A model generated the notes under the pieces. That model did not search any database. It was given only the letters and a program-made list of their open reading frames with translations, and was not told the DNA's origin. Below, piece after piece: positions 10,679 through 20,810 of a stretch of DNA of 64,000 bases. Position numbers and translations under genes: made by a program. Each line of letters begins with the position of its first letter. Positions within the stretch are counted from its first letter, which is position 1. Origin of the DNA: an uncultured cyanobacterium (GTDB taxonomy: Bacteria; Cyanobacteriota; Cyanobacteriia; Phormidesmidales; Phormidesmidaceae); NCBI GenBank assembly GCA_963793265.1, contig CAWBZI010000002.1:320001-384000 (forward strand), written 5' to 3'.

Positions 10679-10740
10679 CCCAATCAGTGTAGGACGAGAA
10701 GATTAAAAATCAGCTCGAAACGGCTAAAGATTGAATTATT

Positions 10741-12246
10741 CTAGCTTCCGCTTCGATAGCTGCGGGTTAGCTCGCCTAAGCGATCGCTCACACTTTCAGT
10801 CAGCATATCCGAACTCTGATACCGCCAGCGCCAGTTCCCAGGAATTTTACTCGGGTCATTCATCCTCGCCTCGTGGCCTAGCCCCAGCAGATCTTGCAAA
10901 GGCACAATCGCGAGATCTGCCTTAGACTTCAGAGCGGTATCAATTAGCACCCAGTTAATCTCTTCTATCTGCTCGGGACTGTCATACCCAAGATATTGCG
11001 CTAAGAACTGCTTCTCTCCACCGTCCAAAGTTTCCCACCAGCCAATCGCCGTATCGTTGTCGTGAGTGCCTGAATATACAATGCAGTTCGTGGGGTAGTT
11101 GTGAGGCAGGTGCGTGTTGTTCGGATCGCCGTTGAAGGCAAACATGAGAATTTTCATGCCGGGGAACTCGAAGCGATCGCGCAGCGCCTCAACCTCAGGC
11201 GTAATAATCCCCAAATCCTCTGCCAGCACTGGCAAATCGCCCAGCTTCTCTGCCAGCGTCTCAAAGAACGCATCGCCAGGAGCTTTTACCCATTCACCAT
11301 TCATCGCGGTTTCTTCACTCGCAGGCACCTGCCAGTAAGCTTCAAACCCTCTAAAGTGGTCTACTCTCACCCAGTCCACATACTGCAATGTCGCCTTAAA
11401 GCGAGAAATCCACCATTCAAAGCCTGATTCTTGGCACTTATCCCAGTCGTAGACAGGATTACCCCATAGCTGCCCCGTTTCACTGAAATAGTCAGGCGGT
11501 ACGCCCGCAATATAGGCTGACTCTAGCGTCTCTGGATTCAGCTTAAAGAGCTGAGGATGCGCCCACACATCTGAGCTGTTGTGGCACACATAAATAGACA
11601 CGTCACCAATAATTTGAATGCCTTTACCGTTGGCGTACTCACGCAGCGCCATCCACTGCTGAAAGAATTTAAATTGCACAAACCGCTGAAAGGCCACGCT
11701 GTCTTTCAATTCCTCAGCCTTGGCGCGCATTGCCGCTGGCTCGCGACGGGCAATGCTGGCCTCCCACTGGCTCCAAGGCTTACCGTCATTTGCCTCCAGC
11801 AGCGCCATAAAGAGTACAAAATCTTCTAGCCACCAGCCTTGCTCCTCAGAGAACTTGTCCAGATCAGCATTAGCTCCTTTTGCTTTAAAGCGCTCAAACG
11901 CCTGCCGTAGCATCTTCGTTTTGTGTGGAATCACGCGGCTAAACTCAACCCGATCCGGCTTAGCGTTCTCTAGTGGTGAAACCTCATCAGCTTTAAGCAA
12001 GCCTTCTTCCACCAGCTTTTCTAAGCTCACCATCAGCGGATTGCCTGCAAAGGCGCTGAAGTTCATGGTGTAGGGAGAGTGGTCGTAGCCGGTAGGGCCT
12101 AAGGGTAAAACCTGCCACAGCGTTTGGCCGCTGCGCGTCATAAAATCAATAAATTCGTAGGCTGAGCGGCCTAAATCACCAATGCCGTGAGGGCTTGGGA
12201 GGCTAGTGGGCTGCAAAAGAATACCGCTGGCGCGCTCAAATTTCAT
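10741..12246 (-). CDS. malQ: 4-alpha-glucanotransferase (amylomaltase, GH77)
   Basis: RASGILL.PTSLP, GVPPDYFS.TGQLWGNP, RVDHFRGF, AEDLG, GTHDNDT. Confidence 0.97.
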   Translation of the reverse strand: MKFERASGILLQPTSLPSPHGIGDLGRSAYEFIDFMTRSGQTLWQVLPLGPTGYDHSPYTMNFSAFAGNPLMVSLEKLVEEGLLKADEVSPLENAKPDRVEFSRVIPHKTKMLRQAFERFKAKGANADLDKFSEEQGWWLEDFVLFMALLEANDGKPWSQWEASIARREPAAMRAKAEELKDSVAFQRFVQFKFFQQWMALREYANGKGIQIIGDVSIYVCHNSSDVWAHPQLFKLNPETLESAYIAGVPPDYFSETGQLWGNPVYDWDKCQESGFEWWISRFKATLQYVDWVRVDHFRGFEAYWQVPASEETAMNGEWVKAPGDAFFETLAEKLGDLPVLAEDLGIITPEVEALRDRFEFPGMKILMFAFNGDPNNTHLPHNYPTNCIVYSGTHDNDTAIGWWETLDGGEKQFLAQYLGYDSPEQIEEINWVLIDTALKSKADLAIVPLQDLLGLGHEARMNDPSKIPGNWRWRYQSSDMLTESVSDRLGELTRSYRSGS

Positions 12247-12421
12247 AGTTTAATGACTAATAGGTAGAACTTGTTTGTAAGGCGATGTAGCTTCGTGCGA
12301 AACTATCACGTCAGCGATCCTATCGGAAGGACGATCCCATAAAATCTATCTTCCGCTAGAAGAAAGCGCCGATCACTTGCCCTACCTTGGCAAAATTGCG
12401 TCCTCTCCTTCCCTAATTTAC

Positions 12422-15400
12422 ATGGTCTTAGACAACAACCCGCTCTGGTTCAAAAATGCCGTCATTTACGAAGTGCCAGTAAAGGCGTTTGCCGATAGTA
12501 ACGGTGATGGTATTGGCGACTTTCGCGGGCTGACTGAAAAGCTAGACTATCTAAAAGAGCTAGGCGTAACAGCCCTGTGGATTCTGCCGTTTTTCCCTTC
12601 GCCACTGCGGGACGATGGCTACGACATTTCCGACTATATGTCGGTTAATCCAATTTACGGTACGCTTGACGACTTCAAAGAGTTTATGGCGGCAGCTCAC
12701 GAGCGTGATTTACGCGTGATTATTGAGCTAATTGTCAACCACACTTCCGACCAGCACCCCTGGTTCAAAAGGGCGCGCCTGGCCCCAGCCGGTAGCTCTG
12801 AGCGTGACTTTTACGTGTGGAGCGATTCGACTGAAAAGTACAAGGGCACGCGGATTATCTTCCAGGACTTTGAAACCTCTAACTGGACATGGGATCCGGT
12901 GGCAAAGTCTTACTACTGGCATCGCTTTTACGGCCACCAGCCCGATTTAAACTACGACAACCCTGCCGTACAGCAGGCGGTGTTTGACGTACTCGACTTT
13001 TGGCTAGAGATGGGGGTAGACGGGCTGCGGATGGACGCGGTGCCCTACCTGTATGAGCGGGAGAATACAAACTGCGAGAATTTGGACGAAACGCATGACT
13101 TCTTGAAGAAGATGCGGAAGTATGTGGACGATCGGCATGAGGGGCGGATGCTACTCGCGGAGGCGAACCAGTGGCCTGAAGATGCGGCGGCTTACTATGG
13201 CGATGGCGATGAGTGCCATATGAACTTCCACTTTCCGCTGATGCCGCGTTTGTTTATGTCGCTGCGGATGGAAGACAACTTTCCAATTATCGATATCCTG
13301 CAACAGACGCCCGAGATTCCTGAGAACTGTCAGTGGGGCCTATTTTTACGGAACCACGACGAGCTGACGCTGGAAATGGTGACCGATGAAGACCGGGACT
13401 ATATGTACCGCATGTACGCACAAGATGACGAGATGCGGATTAATTTGGGAATTCGGCGGCGGCTGGTGCCTTTGCTAGAGAATGACCGTCGGCAGATTGA
13501 GCTATTGAACGGGCTGTTGCTGTCGCTGCCGGGTACGCCTGTGCTGTATTACGGCGATGAGATTGGCATGGGCGATAACGTGTATTTGGGCGATCGCGAT
13601 GGTGTTCGCACCCCGATGCAGTGGAGCCCTGATCGCAACGCAGGCTTTAGCCCGGCTAACCCGCACAAGCTGTTTCTACCGCTGATTGTAGATTCGGAGT
13701 ACCACTACACGACCATTAACGTAGAAGCGCAGCGGGCAGCGCCTAACTCGCTGCTCAACTGGACAAAGCGACTGCTAACCACGCGCAAGCGCTATCAGGC
13801 GTTCGGCTGGGGAGACTTTCATCTGGTTAGCGTAGATAACCGTAAGGTAATTGCCTATACGCGCACTTACAAAGCAGAAGGGAAAGAAGATGAAGAGATT
13901 TTGGTGGTGGCTAATCTCTCTCGGTTTGTGCAGGGCGTACATCTAGATTTGTCTTTGTTTAAGGGGCGATCGCTCATAGAAATCTTTGGCCGCACAGAGT
14001 TCCCGCCAGTGGATGATGAGGGCAGCTATTTTATTAGCTTGGGGCCTTATTCTTTTTATTGGTTCGCGCTTAAGCCCGCTGCGGTACCTGCGTTAGAACC
14101 GACTAAAGTACCGACTTTCAACCTCACGCAATGGGAGGCGATGTTCTCTACTTCGCAAAGAGAGAGCCTGACCAAGCTGACGACCAGCTATTTGATTGAG
14201 CGAGACTGGCTAGGCAGTGAGCCTGAGAAAGTGCGCTCATCTGAGCTGATTGAGTGTATGGCTATTCCTGATAGCGATACGTATATGGTGTTCTTGCGGG
14301 TTGACTACAAGCAGGGCGATCCGGCGACCTATCCTCTGTTTATTAGCTGCGCTTTTGGCGAGGCGGCTGAGCATTTGCTGAGTGAGTCTTCGCCAATGGT
14401 CATGGCTCAGCTAAAGGCTCCCCAAAAGAGTGGCCAGAAAGATGACCAGAAGGATGCCGGAAGTGAATCAAGCTTGGTAGGTGTGCTTTATGACGCGATC
14501 GCCGATGAAGACTTTTTGACGACGCTATTAGAAACAACGGGTCGCAGTGGAACCTATGAAGGGGCCGCAGGTAAGCTCGTGACGCGCGCGCTGCTGTTGG
14601 ATAAAGCCGGTAAGCTGCCGACAGACGTGGAGCCGCTGATCGGCGAATACAACAACAGCTCGGTCATTTACTCTGGAGATGAGGCAGACAATAGCCCCGA
14701 TCTTATTCTTAAGTTCTTCCGCCGGTTGGAGTCAGGCGTTAACGCTGATATCGAAATCCGTCAGTTCTTAAGTAAGCATCAAACGTTTAGCAACTTTAGT
14801 CAGGTCGCAGGCTATTTGAGCTATCAGGGCAAGCGATCGCGCACTGATTCTGCGACGGTTGGCGTTTTGCAAGAGTATCTGCCGGATGCTCAAAGCACCT
14901 GGGACTATTCTCTCGATAAAATCCGCAGCTACTTCGATCAGGTGGTGGTGGAGCTAGCCGAAGATGATAAAGAGCCGCCTGAGTTAGCGCCATTGCTAGC
15001 TTTGCAGGCTGTCTATGCTGAAGACAGTGAGGCTAAGCATCTTGCGAATCATTTGATGGGGCCGTATTTGGCGAATATGCAGCTTTTGGGTCAAACGACG
15101 GCTGAGTTCCATATTGCGATCGCAGCCGATCCAACCGATAGTGCGTTTGCCCCAGAGCCTTTCAGCGGCTTTTATCAGCGATCGCTCTATCAGCAAAACC
15201 GCAACCAAACCGGCCAGGTATTTCGCCTGCTCAAAGATGATTTGAGTAAGCACGAAGGCTTGCTGAGTCCAGACGAGTATCCTTTGGCGCGATCGCTCAT
15301 GGACTACCAGGACGTTTACCTCGATAGGTTTAAGCAAATCTTAGACTACCAAATCACCGCCCTGCGCACGCGCTATCACGGTGACTATCACTTAGGCCAG

Positions 15401-15838
15401 GTGCTCTATACCGGCAAAGACTTTGTGCTAATTGACTTTGAAGGTGAGACAAATCGGACGGTGAGTGAAAGGAGAATTAAGCGATCGCCCCTGTGTGATG
15501 TGGCCTACATGCTGCAATCGATTCACTATGCAGCCGTCACCGGCTTTGAAAACGAAGTTGAAAGCGGCATTATTCGGCCCGAGCAAACCGAGATTATGCA
15601 GCGCTGGGCAGACTTTTGGGAGCAGTGGGTTAGCGCGGCTTTTCTCTCTGCTTATCTAAAAACTGCAAGTACTGCTGACTTTTTGCCGAAAACAGAGCAA
15701 GAGCTGCAAATCTTGTTGAACAACTACCTGCTATCAACGGCTATTCATGACTTAGGCTACAAGCTTGCTCACCGTGCGCCGCAGATAAGCGTACCGATGC
15801 AGCGTTTGATCAAAGCCGTTGACGAACAGCTAGCGTAG
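12422..15838 (+). CDS. treS: Trehalose synthase TreS fused to Pep2/maltokinase domain
   Basis: NHTSDQHPWF, RMDAVPYL, LAEANQW, FLRNHDELTLEMVT; C-terminal HGDYHLGQVL...DFEGE kinase motifs; ATG at 12422. Confidence 0.95.
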   Translation: MVLDNNPLWFKNAVIYEVPVKAFADSNGDGIGDFRGLTEKLDYLKELGVTALWILPFFPSPLRDDGYDISDYMSVNPIYGTLDDFKEFMAAAHERDLRVIIELIVNHTSDQHPWFKRARLAPAGSSERDFYVWSDSTEKYKGTRIIFQDFETSNWTWDPVAKSYYWHRFYGHQPDLNYDNPAVQQAVFDVLDFWLEMGVDGLRMDAVPYLYERENTNCENLDETHDFLKKMRKYVDDRHEGRMLLAEANQWPEDAAAYYGDGDECHMNFHFPLMPRLFMSLRMEDNFPIIDILQQTPEIPENCQWGLFLRNHDELTLEMVTDEDRDYMYRMYAQDDEMRINLGIRRRLVPLLENDRRQIELLNGLLLSLPGTPVLYYGDEIGMGDNVYLGDRDGVRTPMQWSPDRNAGFSPANPHKLFLPLIVDSEYHYTTINVEAQRAAPNSLLNWTKRLLTTRKRYQAFGWGDFHLVSVDNRKVIAYTRTYKAEGKEDEEILVVANLSRFVQGVHLDLSLFKGRSLIEIFGRTEFPPVDDEGSYFISLGPYSFYWFALKPAAVPALEPTKVPTFNLTQWEAMFSTSQRESLTKLTTSYLIERDWLGSEPEKVRSSELIECMAIPDSDTYMVFLRVDYKQGDPATYPLFISCAFGEAAEHLLSESSPMVMAQLKAPQKSGQKDDQKDAGSESSLVGVLYDAIADEDFLTTLLETTGRSGTYEGAAGKLVTRALLLDKAGKLPTDVEPLIGEYNNSSVIYSGDEADNSPDLILKFFRRLESGVNADIEIRQFLSKHQTFSNFSQVAGYLSYQGKRSRTDSATVGVLQEYLPDAQSTWDYSLDKIRSYFDQVVVELAEDDKEPPELAPLLALQAVYAEDSEAKHLANHLMGPYLANMQLLGQTTAEFHIAIAADPTDSAFAPEPFSGFYQRSLYQQNRNQTGQVFRLLKDDLSKHEGLLSPDEYPLARSLMDYQDVYLDRFKQILDYQITALRTRYHGDYHLGQVLYTGKDFVLIDFEGETNRTVSERRIKRSPLCDVAYMLQSIHYAAVTGFENEVESGIIRPEQTEIMQRWADFWEQWVSAAFLSAYLKTASTADFLPKTEQELQILLNNYLLSTAIHDLGYKLAHRAPQISVPMQRLIKAVDEQLA

Positions 15839-15864
15839 GCCGCTCACGGGCTTATTTATAGGTC

Positions 15865-15900
15865 TTTTCAGTGGGCCTCTTCACAAAGGCCCACTGAAAA
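15865..15900. terminator. Perfect 14-bp stem-loop, probable intrinsic terminator after treS
   Basis: TTTTCAGTGGGCCT-cttcacaa-AGGCCCACTGAAAA. Confidence 0.7.
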
Positions 15901-16001
15901 GTTCACTTTAGAGAGGAAAGAGCCCTCCTTTTTGCATACTCAAGATAGAGAGAAATAAGGTAGTATCCTTAACTGTAAGCGAAACATTTTTATACCTGCA
16001 C

Positions 16002-16595
16002 ATGTCAACTACTGTATTGCCTCAACTGCGTGAAATAGAGGCCGACCTATCTGCCCAGGAAGAAGCCCTCTCTACTCAGCTAGAAGAACTGCGTGAAAAG
16101 CTCAACGGCCTACGCGCAGTGCTGCCGATGTTTGATGGAACAACAGGTGAGATAACGGCTCCTGCGAAATCGGTCGTCTCGGAAGAAACAGACGATTCAG
16201 ATGAAGAAGAGACGGAAGAATCTATTGAGACGGAAGAGTCTATCGAGACGGCGGCCTTAGAAGAACCAGAAGAAGAGCCTGAAAGCAAACCTGCAAAGGC
16301 TAAACGGAAGTCAACTTCTTCTAAAAAGAAAGATGGCAGAACGGCCTCATGGCAAAAGTACACTCGACCGGGCGTACGGAACGAGTCGATTCCTGATGCA
16401 GTAAAGCTGATCTTAGAGACGCAGCCTGATAAGGAGTTCAAAATTGCCGAGGTGATGGAGGCGCTGTTCTTAGAAGACATGCCCAAATCACAATATTTAA
16501 AGGCACGCAACCGCATCTCGAACGTACTCTCGGGTGGCGTTCGCGCAGGCGACTGGTATCGCGGTGGGCGGAGTACCTACAAACTGACTAAATAG
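16002..16595 (+). CDS. Hypothetical protein: coiled coil, acidic linker, basic patch and probable winged-helix domain
   Basis: Heptad Leu pattern in aa 8-41; E/D-rich middle; KAKRKSTSSKKK; C-terminal helix-turn-helix/wing-like segment. Confidence 0.65.
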   Translation: MSTTVLPQLREIEADLSAQEEALSTQLEELREKLNGLRAVLPMFDGTTGEITAPAKSVVSEETDDSDEEETEESIETEESIETAALEEPEEEPESKPAKAKRKSTSSKKKDGRTASWQKYTRPGVRNESIPDAVKLILETQPDKEFKIAEVMEALFLEDMPKSQYLKARNRISNVLSGGVRAGDWYRGGRSTYKLTK

Positions 16596-16624
16596 CCAGT
16601 TTGCTTTGACGGCAGAGGCTTAGT

Positions 16625-17098
16625 CTATTCGACAGTGATGCTGATTTTTTCAGAGAGCACTGGCTTATCGTGAGGCACGTGGGTGTAGTTACCTAGCAGT
16701 AGCTGCAACGTATGCTCGCCGGGTGGCAGGCTGATGTTGGCTTCAGTTTGGCCGCCGCCAAAGTGTCTGATTTTGGTGGTGGCTGCTAGGGGCTCGGTGA
16801 GCACTGGCAGCTCATCTACATCAATCAGCAGGTGATGGTGGCCAGTGCCGACTTTATCAAAGCCCGCAGGCGCAACGCCCATACCTGATAAGCCAAATTT
16901 GACCGTAAAGTCTTCGGGAACCGTCGCGCCATCTTTGGGCGAAATGATGTAGGTTCGCGCACCTTCAGCAGCAGGCGAAAGCGTTACGGCGAGTGCGGGC
17001 GAGACAGCTACGAATAAAGTAAATATCAGGGCGAAAAGCAGGCGGGCTATGGGCTTTAGCCTGCTAAGCGTAATGGATGTCATAAATAGATAGTCCAA
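16625..17098 (-). CDS. DUF4399 domain protein
   Basis: Signal peptide; VKFGLSGM.VAPAG, TGHHHLLID, HFGGGQTE, PGEHTLQL. Confidence 0.85.
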   Translation of the reverse strand: MDYLFMTSITLSRLKPIARLLFALIFTLFVAVSPALAVTLSPAAEGARTYIISPKDGATVPEDFTVKFGLSGMGVAPAGFDKVGTGHHHLLIDVDELPVLTEPLAATTKIRHFGGGQTEANISLPPGEHTLQLLLGNYTHVPHDKPVLSEKISITVE

Positions 17099-17126
17099 AA
17101 AGACACGGCGTCTATCTATCTTAGAG

Positions 17127-17168
17127 AAAAACTGCGCACTAAAAACTGCGCACTAAAAACCGCGCACT
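17127..17168. repeat. 14-bp tandem repeat x3 (AAAAACYGCGCACT)
   Basis: aaaaactgcgcact aaaaactgcgcact aaaaaccgcgcact. Confidence 0.9.
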
Positions 17169-17622
17169 ATTGACTGACGGTTGCTCTGGTGTCCGAATCT
17201 CTGAGGTAGTACAGCGCAAAGCAGGCCGCCAGCATGGGCCAAGAGGCATAGAACAATATATTAGCGCTCTCAAATGGGGCGAGATATTTAGGGAACGAAA
17301 CCAGGGTAGAAGCGGTGTGCATTAAGAGTACGATGCCGTAAGTGATCTTTTTTTGGTAGCCCACCAAAAAGCTCAGCATGATGACGAGCTGCACGGCCCC
17401 TAGTAGATAGGAAACTGCGCTACCAATGCCGCCGATGCCGTAGAAAGCTTGAAACACGGCTGCTGTGTGTTCGGGCCTAGTAAATTTATCGATCACCCAG
17501 ATAATCATGGCGATGAAGATACTAATGCGGGTGAGTAAGAGCACCAACGACACCCTTTGCGCCAGCGGGCTATGGGTCAGCTCGCTGGTATTTACGTTGG
17601 CTTGTTCGTAGATTTGGCTCAT
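17167..17622 (-). CDS. DoxX-like membrane protein
   Basis: Four TM helices; R..(W)..DKF..P.H pattern; start uncertain (17622 or 17691). Confidence 0.7.
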   Translation of the reverse strand: MSQIYEQANVNTSELTHSPLAQRVSLVLLLTRISIFIAMIIWVIDKFTRPEHTAAVFQAFYGIGGIGSAVSYLLGAVQLVIMLSFLVGYQKKITYGIVLLMHTASTLVSFPKYLAPFESANILFYASWPMLAACFALYYLRDSDTRATVSQ

Positions 17623-17725
17623 ATTGCTCTTGGGGATAGCGTTTTTAGCTGTTTCGGATAGGTATGCCTTTATTTTCTCGCGATGGTTCATACTCGAATG
17701 AGAAATTGCTTAGAGTTTAAGGCTC

Positions 17726-18256
17726 ATGTTTCACGATTTGCTGGCCACTCAAAATAGAGCCCTTGTCCTTCAGTTTTATAAATCTTTCGATCGCCGCTGT
17801 CTGCCTGAGGGGTTAAGGCTGCTCTCTCCTCAGCTCGTTGCGCATATGGCAGGTATAGACAGGCCGATGAGCAAGGCTGAATTTAGCGCGATGGGCACTG
17901 ACGTTTATAATGCTTTTCCCGATGGCAGGCATACGTTTACGCAGGTCGTGGCCCATCGCAATATGGTCACCACCTGCGGCTTTTTTACGGGCACTCACTT
18001 GGATACGTTTCAAGGCATTCCGGCGACGGGGAAGACGGTTCGTTTTGCGGTAATGCATATCGACCGGGTGAGCCACAGTCAAATTGTTGAGCACTGGGGA
18101 CAGGGCGATAGTTTGGGGCTGGTGCAACAGCTCGGGGTGAGGCTGGTGCCTGGGCCTCGCGTTTTGTTTAAGCTAGGGATTAAGGCGAGCGGACAGCTCA
18201 GAAAGGGCGTTTTTGAACGACTGACGGCGATCGCAAGGCCAGACTATCCCACTTAG
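17726..18256 (+). CDS. SnoaL-like ester cyclase (NTF2 fold)
   Basis: AFPD, GTH...FQGIPATGK.V, IVEHWGQGD. Confidence 0.88.
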   Translation: MFHDLLATQNRALVLQFYKSFDRRCLPEGLRLLSPQLVAHMAGIDRPMSKAEFSAMGTDVYNAFPDGRHTFTQVVAHRNMVTTCGFFTGTHLDTFQGIPATGKTVRFAVMHIDRVSHSQIVEHWGQGDSLGLVQQLGVRLVPGPRVLFKLGIKASGQLRKGVFERLTAIARPDYPT

Positions 18257-18383
18257 GTGCGGTAATCTTTGGCGATTATCTTTCTGAAGATGGAGGAGAC
18301 TCATTGAAGATCGCGGAATGATGGTGAGAGTACATAGAGTTTTGAAACTTTAAGAAACTCTCGATTGGAGATAATCACAAATA

Positions 18384-18938
18384 ATGGCTGATACAACAAA
18401 TATCGCTACAAAGCTAGGCGATCTGAAGCTTTTTCAAAATGTGTTGCTGAAAAGCGAGAAAAAGCTGCTAACCGAAACGAACGATGAAACGATTCGTGAG
18501 CGCCTAGAAAAAATCATCAACCAGGACGCTGAAAACCTGGGCACCATTGAGCAGGCGATCGCTAAGCTCGGCGGCAGCGTAGAGCCCCGCGACATCACTC
18601 AAAAGCACGCTGAGAAAGTGGGCGAAATGATGGAAGGCTCTGAGCTAACATCTTACGACAAGTTCTTTCAGCTAGAGCTACTAAAGCACCAGCAAACGAT
18701 GACGGGTCTGGTACTTCACAAAGCAGCGCAGTCTTTAGATGACGATCTTCAAGATGCGATGGAGCCTTTAAACAAGGTCAACTTTGAGAACCGGGCGCAT
18801 CAGGAAGTGCTTAAGGGCGTGCTTTACTTTGTCGGTACTCGTGAGCTGGCTGGCAAAGAGCCTGACATGGGCCTATGGGCTAGCGTAGAGCAGGGAATTG
18901 CAGCGCTCAAGGGTGCTGTGGGTAGTGCGGCTAGCTAG
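18384..18938 (+). CDS. Ferritin-like/hemerythrin-type helical protein
   Basis: All-helical; ELLKHQQ and FENRAHQE ExxH-like motifs. Confidence 0.6.
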   Translation: MADTTNIATKLGDLKLFQNVLLKSEKKLLTETNDETIRERLEKIINQDAENLGTIEQAIAKLGGSVEPRDITQKHAEKVGEMMEGSELTSYDKFFQLELLKHQQTMTGLVLHKAAQSLDDDLQDAMEPLNKVNFENRAHQEVLKGVLYFVGTRELAGKEPDMGLWASVEQGIAALKGAVGSAAS

Positions 18939-18948
18939 TTGTTGAAAA

Positions 18949-18976
18949 AGGGGTCGTACAGCCGTACGACCCCTAC
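18949..18976 (-). repeat. GTAG-type REP-like hairpin / bidirectional terminator between convergent genes
   Basis: Minus strand reads GTAGGGGTCGTAC-GGCT-GTACGACCCCT (11-bp perfect stem). Confidence 0.7.
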
Positions 18977-19003
18977 TGTATTCTCACGCCTATTTTTGAT
19001 CGT

Positions 19004-20656
19004 CTATAAAATTGTCCCGACTGGAACCTTATCGCGCTGCGGATGAATAGACGCACCTGCCTGCATCGATGCATACAGCCGGTTTAACGCATTAACATAA
19101 GCATAGGCAGAGGCAACAACAATATCTGTATTAGCAGCGTGGCCTGAATAAATATTCTCTCCATTGCGAACGCGAATAGTGACTTCTCCCATCGCATCAA
19201 TCCCAGCGGTAACGGACTGCACAGAATATTCAATCAAATCGTTTTCAATATCAACAATGCGGTTGATCGCACGGTAGATAGCATCAACAGGGCCAGTGCC
19301 CACAGAAGCGTCGGTAAGTTCTTGACCGTCTGGCATTCGGACAGTGATAGTAGCAGTGGGCTGCGCGTTGCTGCCGCAGGAGACTTGAATCAGATCTAGC
19401 TTGAAGTGCTCGGCAACCTGCAAAATTTCGTCGTTGACGATGGCTTCAAGATCGCGATCGCTAATCTCTTTTTTCTTATCTGCAACTTCTTTAAACCGCA
19501 AAAAAGCCTTATTCAACTCCTGATCGCTCAGCTCAAACCCTAGCTCAGTGAGCCGAGTCCGAAACGCATTGCGCCCCGAGTGCTTACCCAGCACAATCAA
19601 GTTGTCATTGAGCCCGATAAGCTGGGCGTCCATAATCTCATAGGTCAGCCGGTTCTTGAGCACGCCATCTTGGTGAATGCCCGACTCATGCGCAAACGCA
19701 TTGGCACCCACAATTGCTTTGTTGGGCTGCACCAGCATTCCGGTCATATTAGAGACTAATCGCGATGACTTGTAGATCTCTTTTGTGTTGATATTAGTCA
19801 GCGGTGCTTCTGAGGCAGGCGGCAGTCCAAAAAACGGATTGTAGTACTGACGGCGGACATGCAGTGCCATCACTAACTCTTCTAATGCGGCATTTCCTGC
19901 TCGCTCACCAATGCCGTTAATCGTACACTCTAGCTGCCTGGCACCGGCTTTAACGGCTTCTAAAAAGTTGGCGACAGCTAGCCCTAAATCGTTGTGGCCG
20001 TGTACCGATATGATGGCCCGATCGATGCTAGGAACGTTGCTTTTAATGCCTCGAATTAAGTCTCCGCACTCGGTCGGCGTCAGGTAGCCTACGGTATCAG
20101 GAATGTTGAGCGTTGTTGCGCCTGCTTTAATGGCCGTCTCTAGCACTTCATACAAAAACTCGGGCTCACTGCGCCCGGCATCTTCAGGAGAAAACTCAAT
20201 GTCGTCTGTGAAGCTTTTCGCGTAGCCCACCATCTCTTCCGTCATCGCTAGCACTTCAGGCCGAGACTTTCTGAGCTTGTACTTCATGTGAATATCTGAA
20301 GTTGCCAAGAAGGTGTGAATGCGCCCTTTGCTAGCAGGCGTGATCGCCTTTGCAGCAGATTCAATATCGCCTTTGGTGGCGCGAGCTAGGGCGCAGATGA
20401 CAGGGCCGCTATCGGTGCCGACTTCTGAGGCGATCGCCTTAACCGCTTCAAAGTCACCGGGGCTCGCAAACGGAAAGCCCGCTTCAATAATGTCTACATT
20501 CAGCCGGGCAAGCTGCCGCGCTACTGCTAGTTTTTCACTGGCATTCATCGTCGCGCCGGGTGACTGCTCGCCGTCGCGCAGCGTGGTGTCAAAAATGAGG
20601 ACGCGATCTAGAGCCTTAGCGGCTGAGGGGTTGGCTGAAGGGGTTGGCTGAGTCAT
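19004..20656 (-). CDS. leuA: 2-isopropylmalate synthase
   Basis: [40 protein letters not shown], regulatory-domain GPVDA. Confidence 0.97.
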   Translation of the reverse strand: MTQPTPSANPSAAKALDRVLIFDTTLRDGEQSPGATMNASEKLAVARQLARLNVDIIEAGFPFASPGDFEAVKAIASEVGTDSGPVICALARATKGDIESAAKAITPASKGRIHTFLATSDIHMKYKLRKSRPEVLAMTEEMVGYAKSFTDDIEFSPEDAGRSEPEFLYEVLETAIKAGATTLNIPDTVGYLTPTECGDLIRGIKSNVPSIDRAIISVHGHNDLGLAVANFLEAVKAGARQLECTINGIGERAGNAALEELVMALHVRRQYYNPFFGLPPASEAPLTNINTKEIYKSSRLVSNMTGMLVQPNKAIVGANAFAHESGIHQDGVLKNRLTYEIMDAQLIGLNDNLIVLGKHSGRNAFRTRLTELGFELSDQELNKAFLRFKEVADKKKEISDRDLEAIVNDEILQVAEHFKLDLIQVSCGSNAQPTATITVRMPDGQELTDASVGTGPVDAIYRAINRIVDIENDLIEYSVQSVTAGIDAMGEVTIRVRNGENIYSGHAANTDIVVASAYAYVNALNRLYASMQAGASIHPQRDKVPVGTIL

Positions 20657-20810
20657 TGTAAGGGATTACCTGCTGTTTGCCCGCTGTAGTCAGGCCATGA
20701 CAAATATGAAGCTTACTTCATTATTTCTATTTTATGTGCGTGTGCCAATCGTGGCGATAGTTTTTTGACCTACAGTGGTGTGAGTACAAAAGAACGTAGG
20801 AAGTAGTGTC

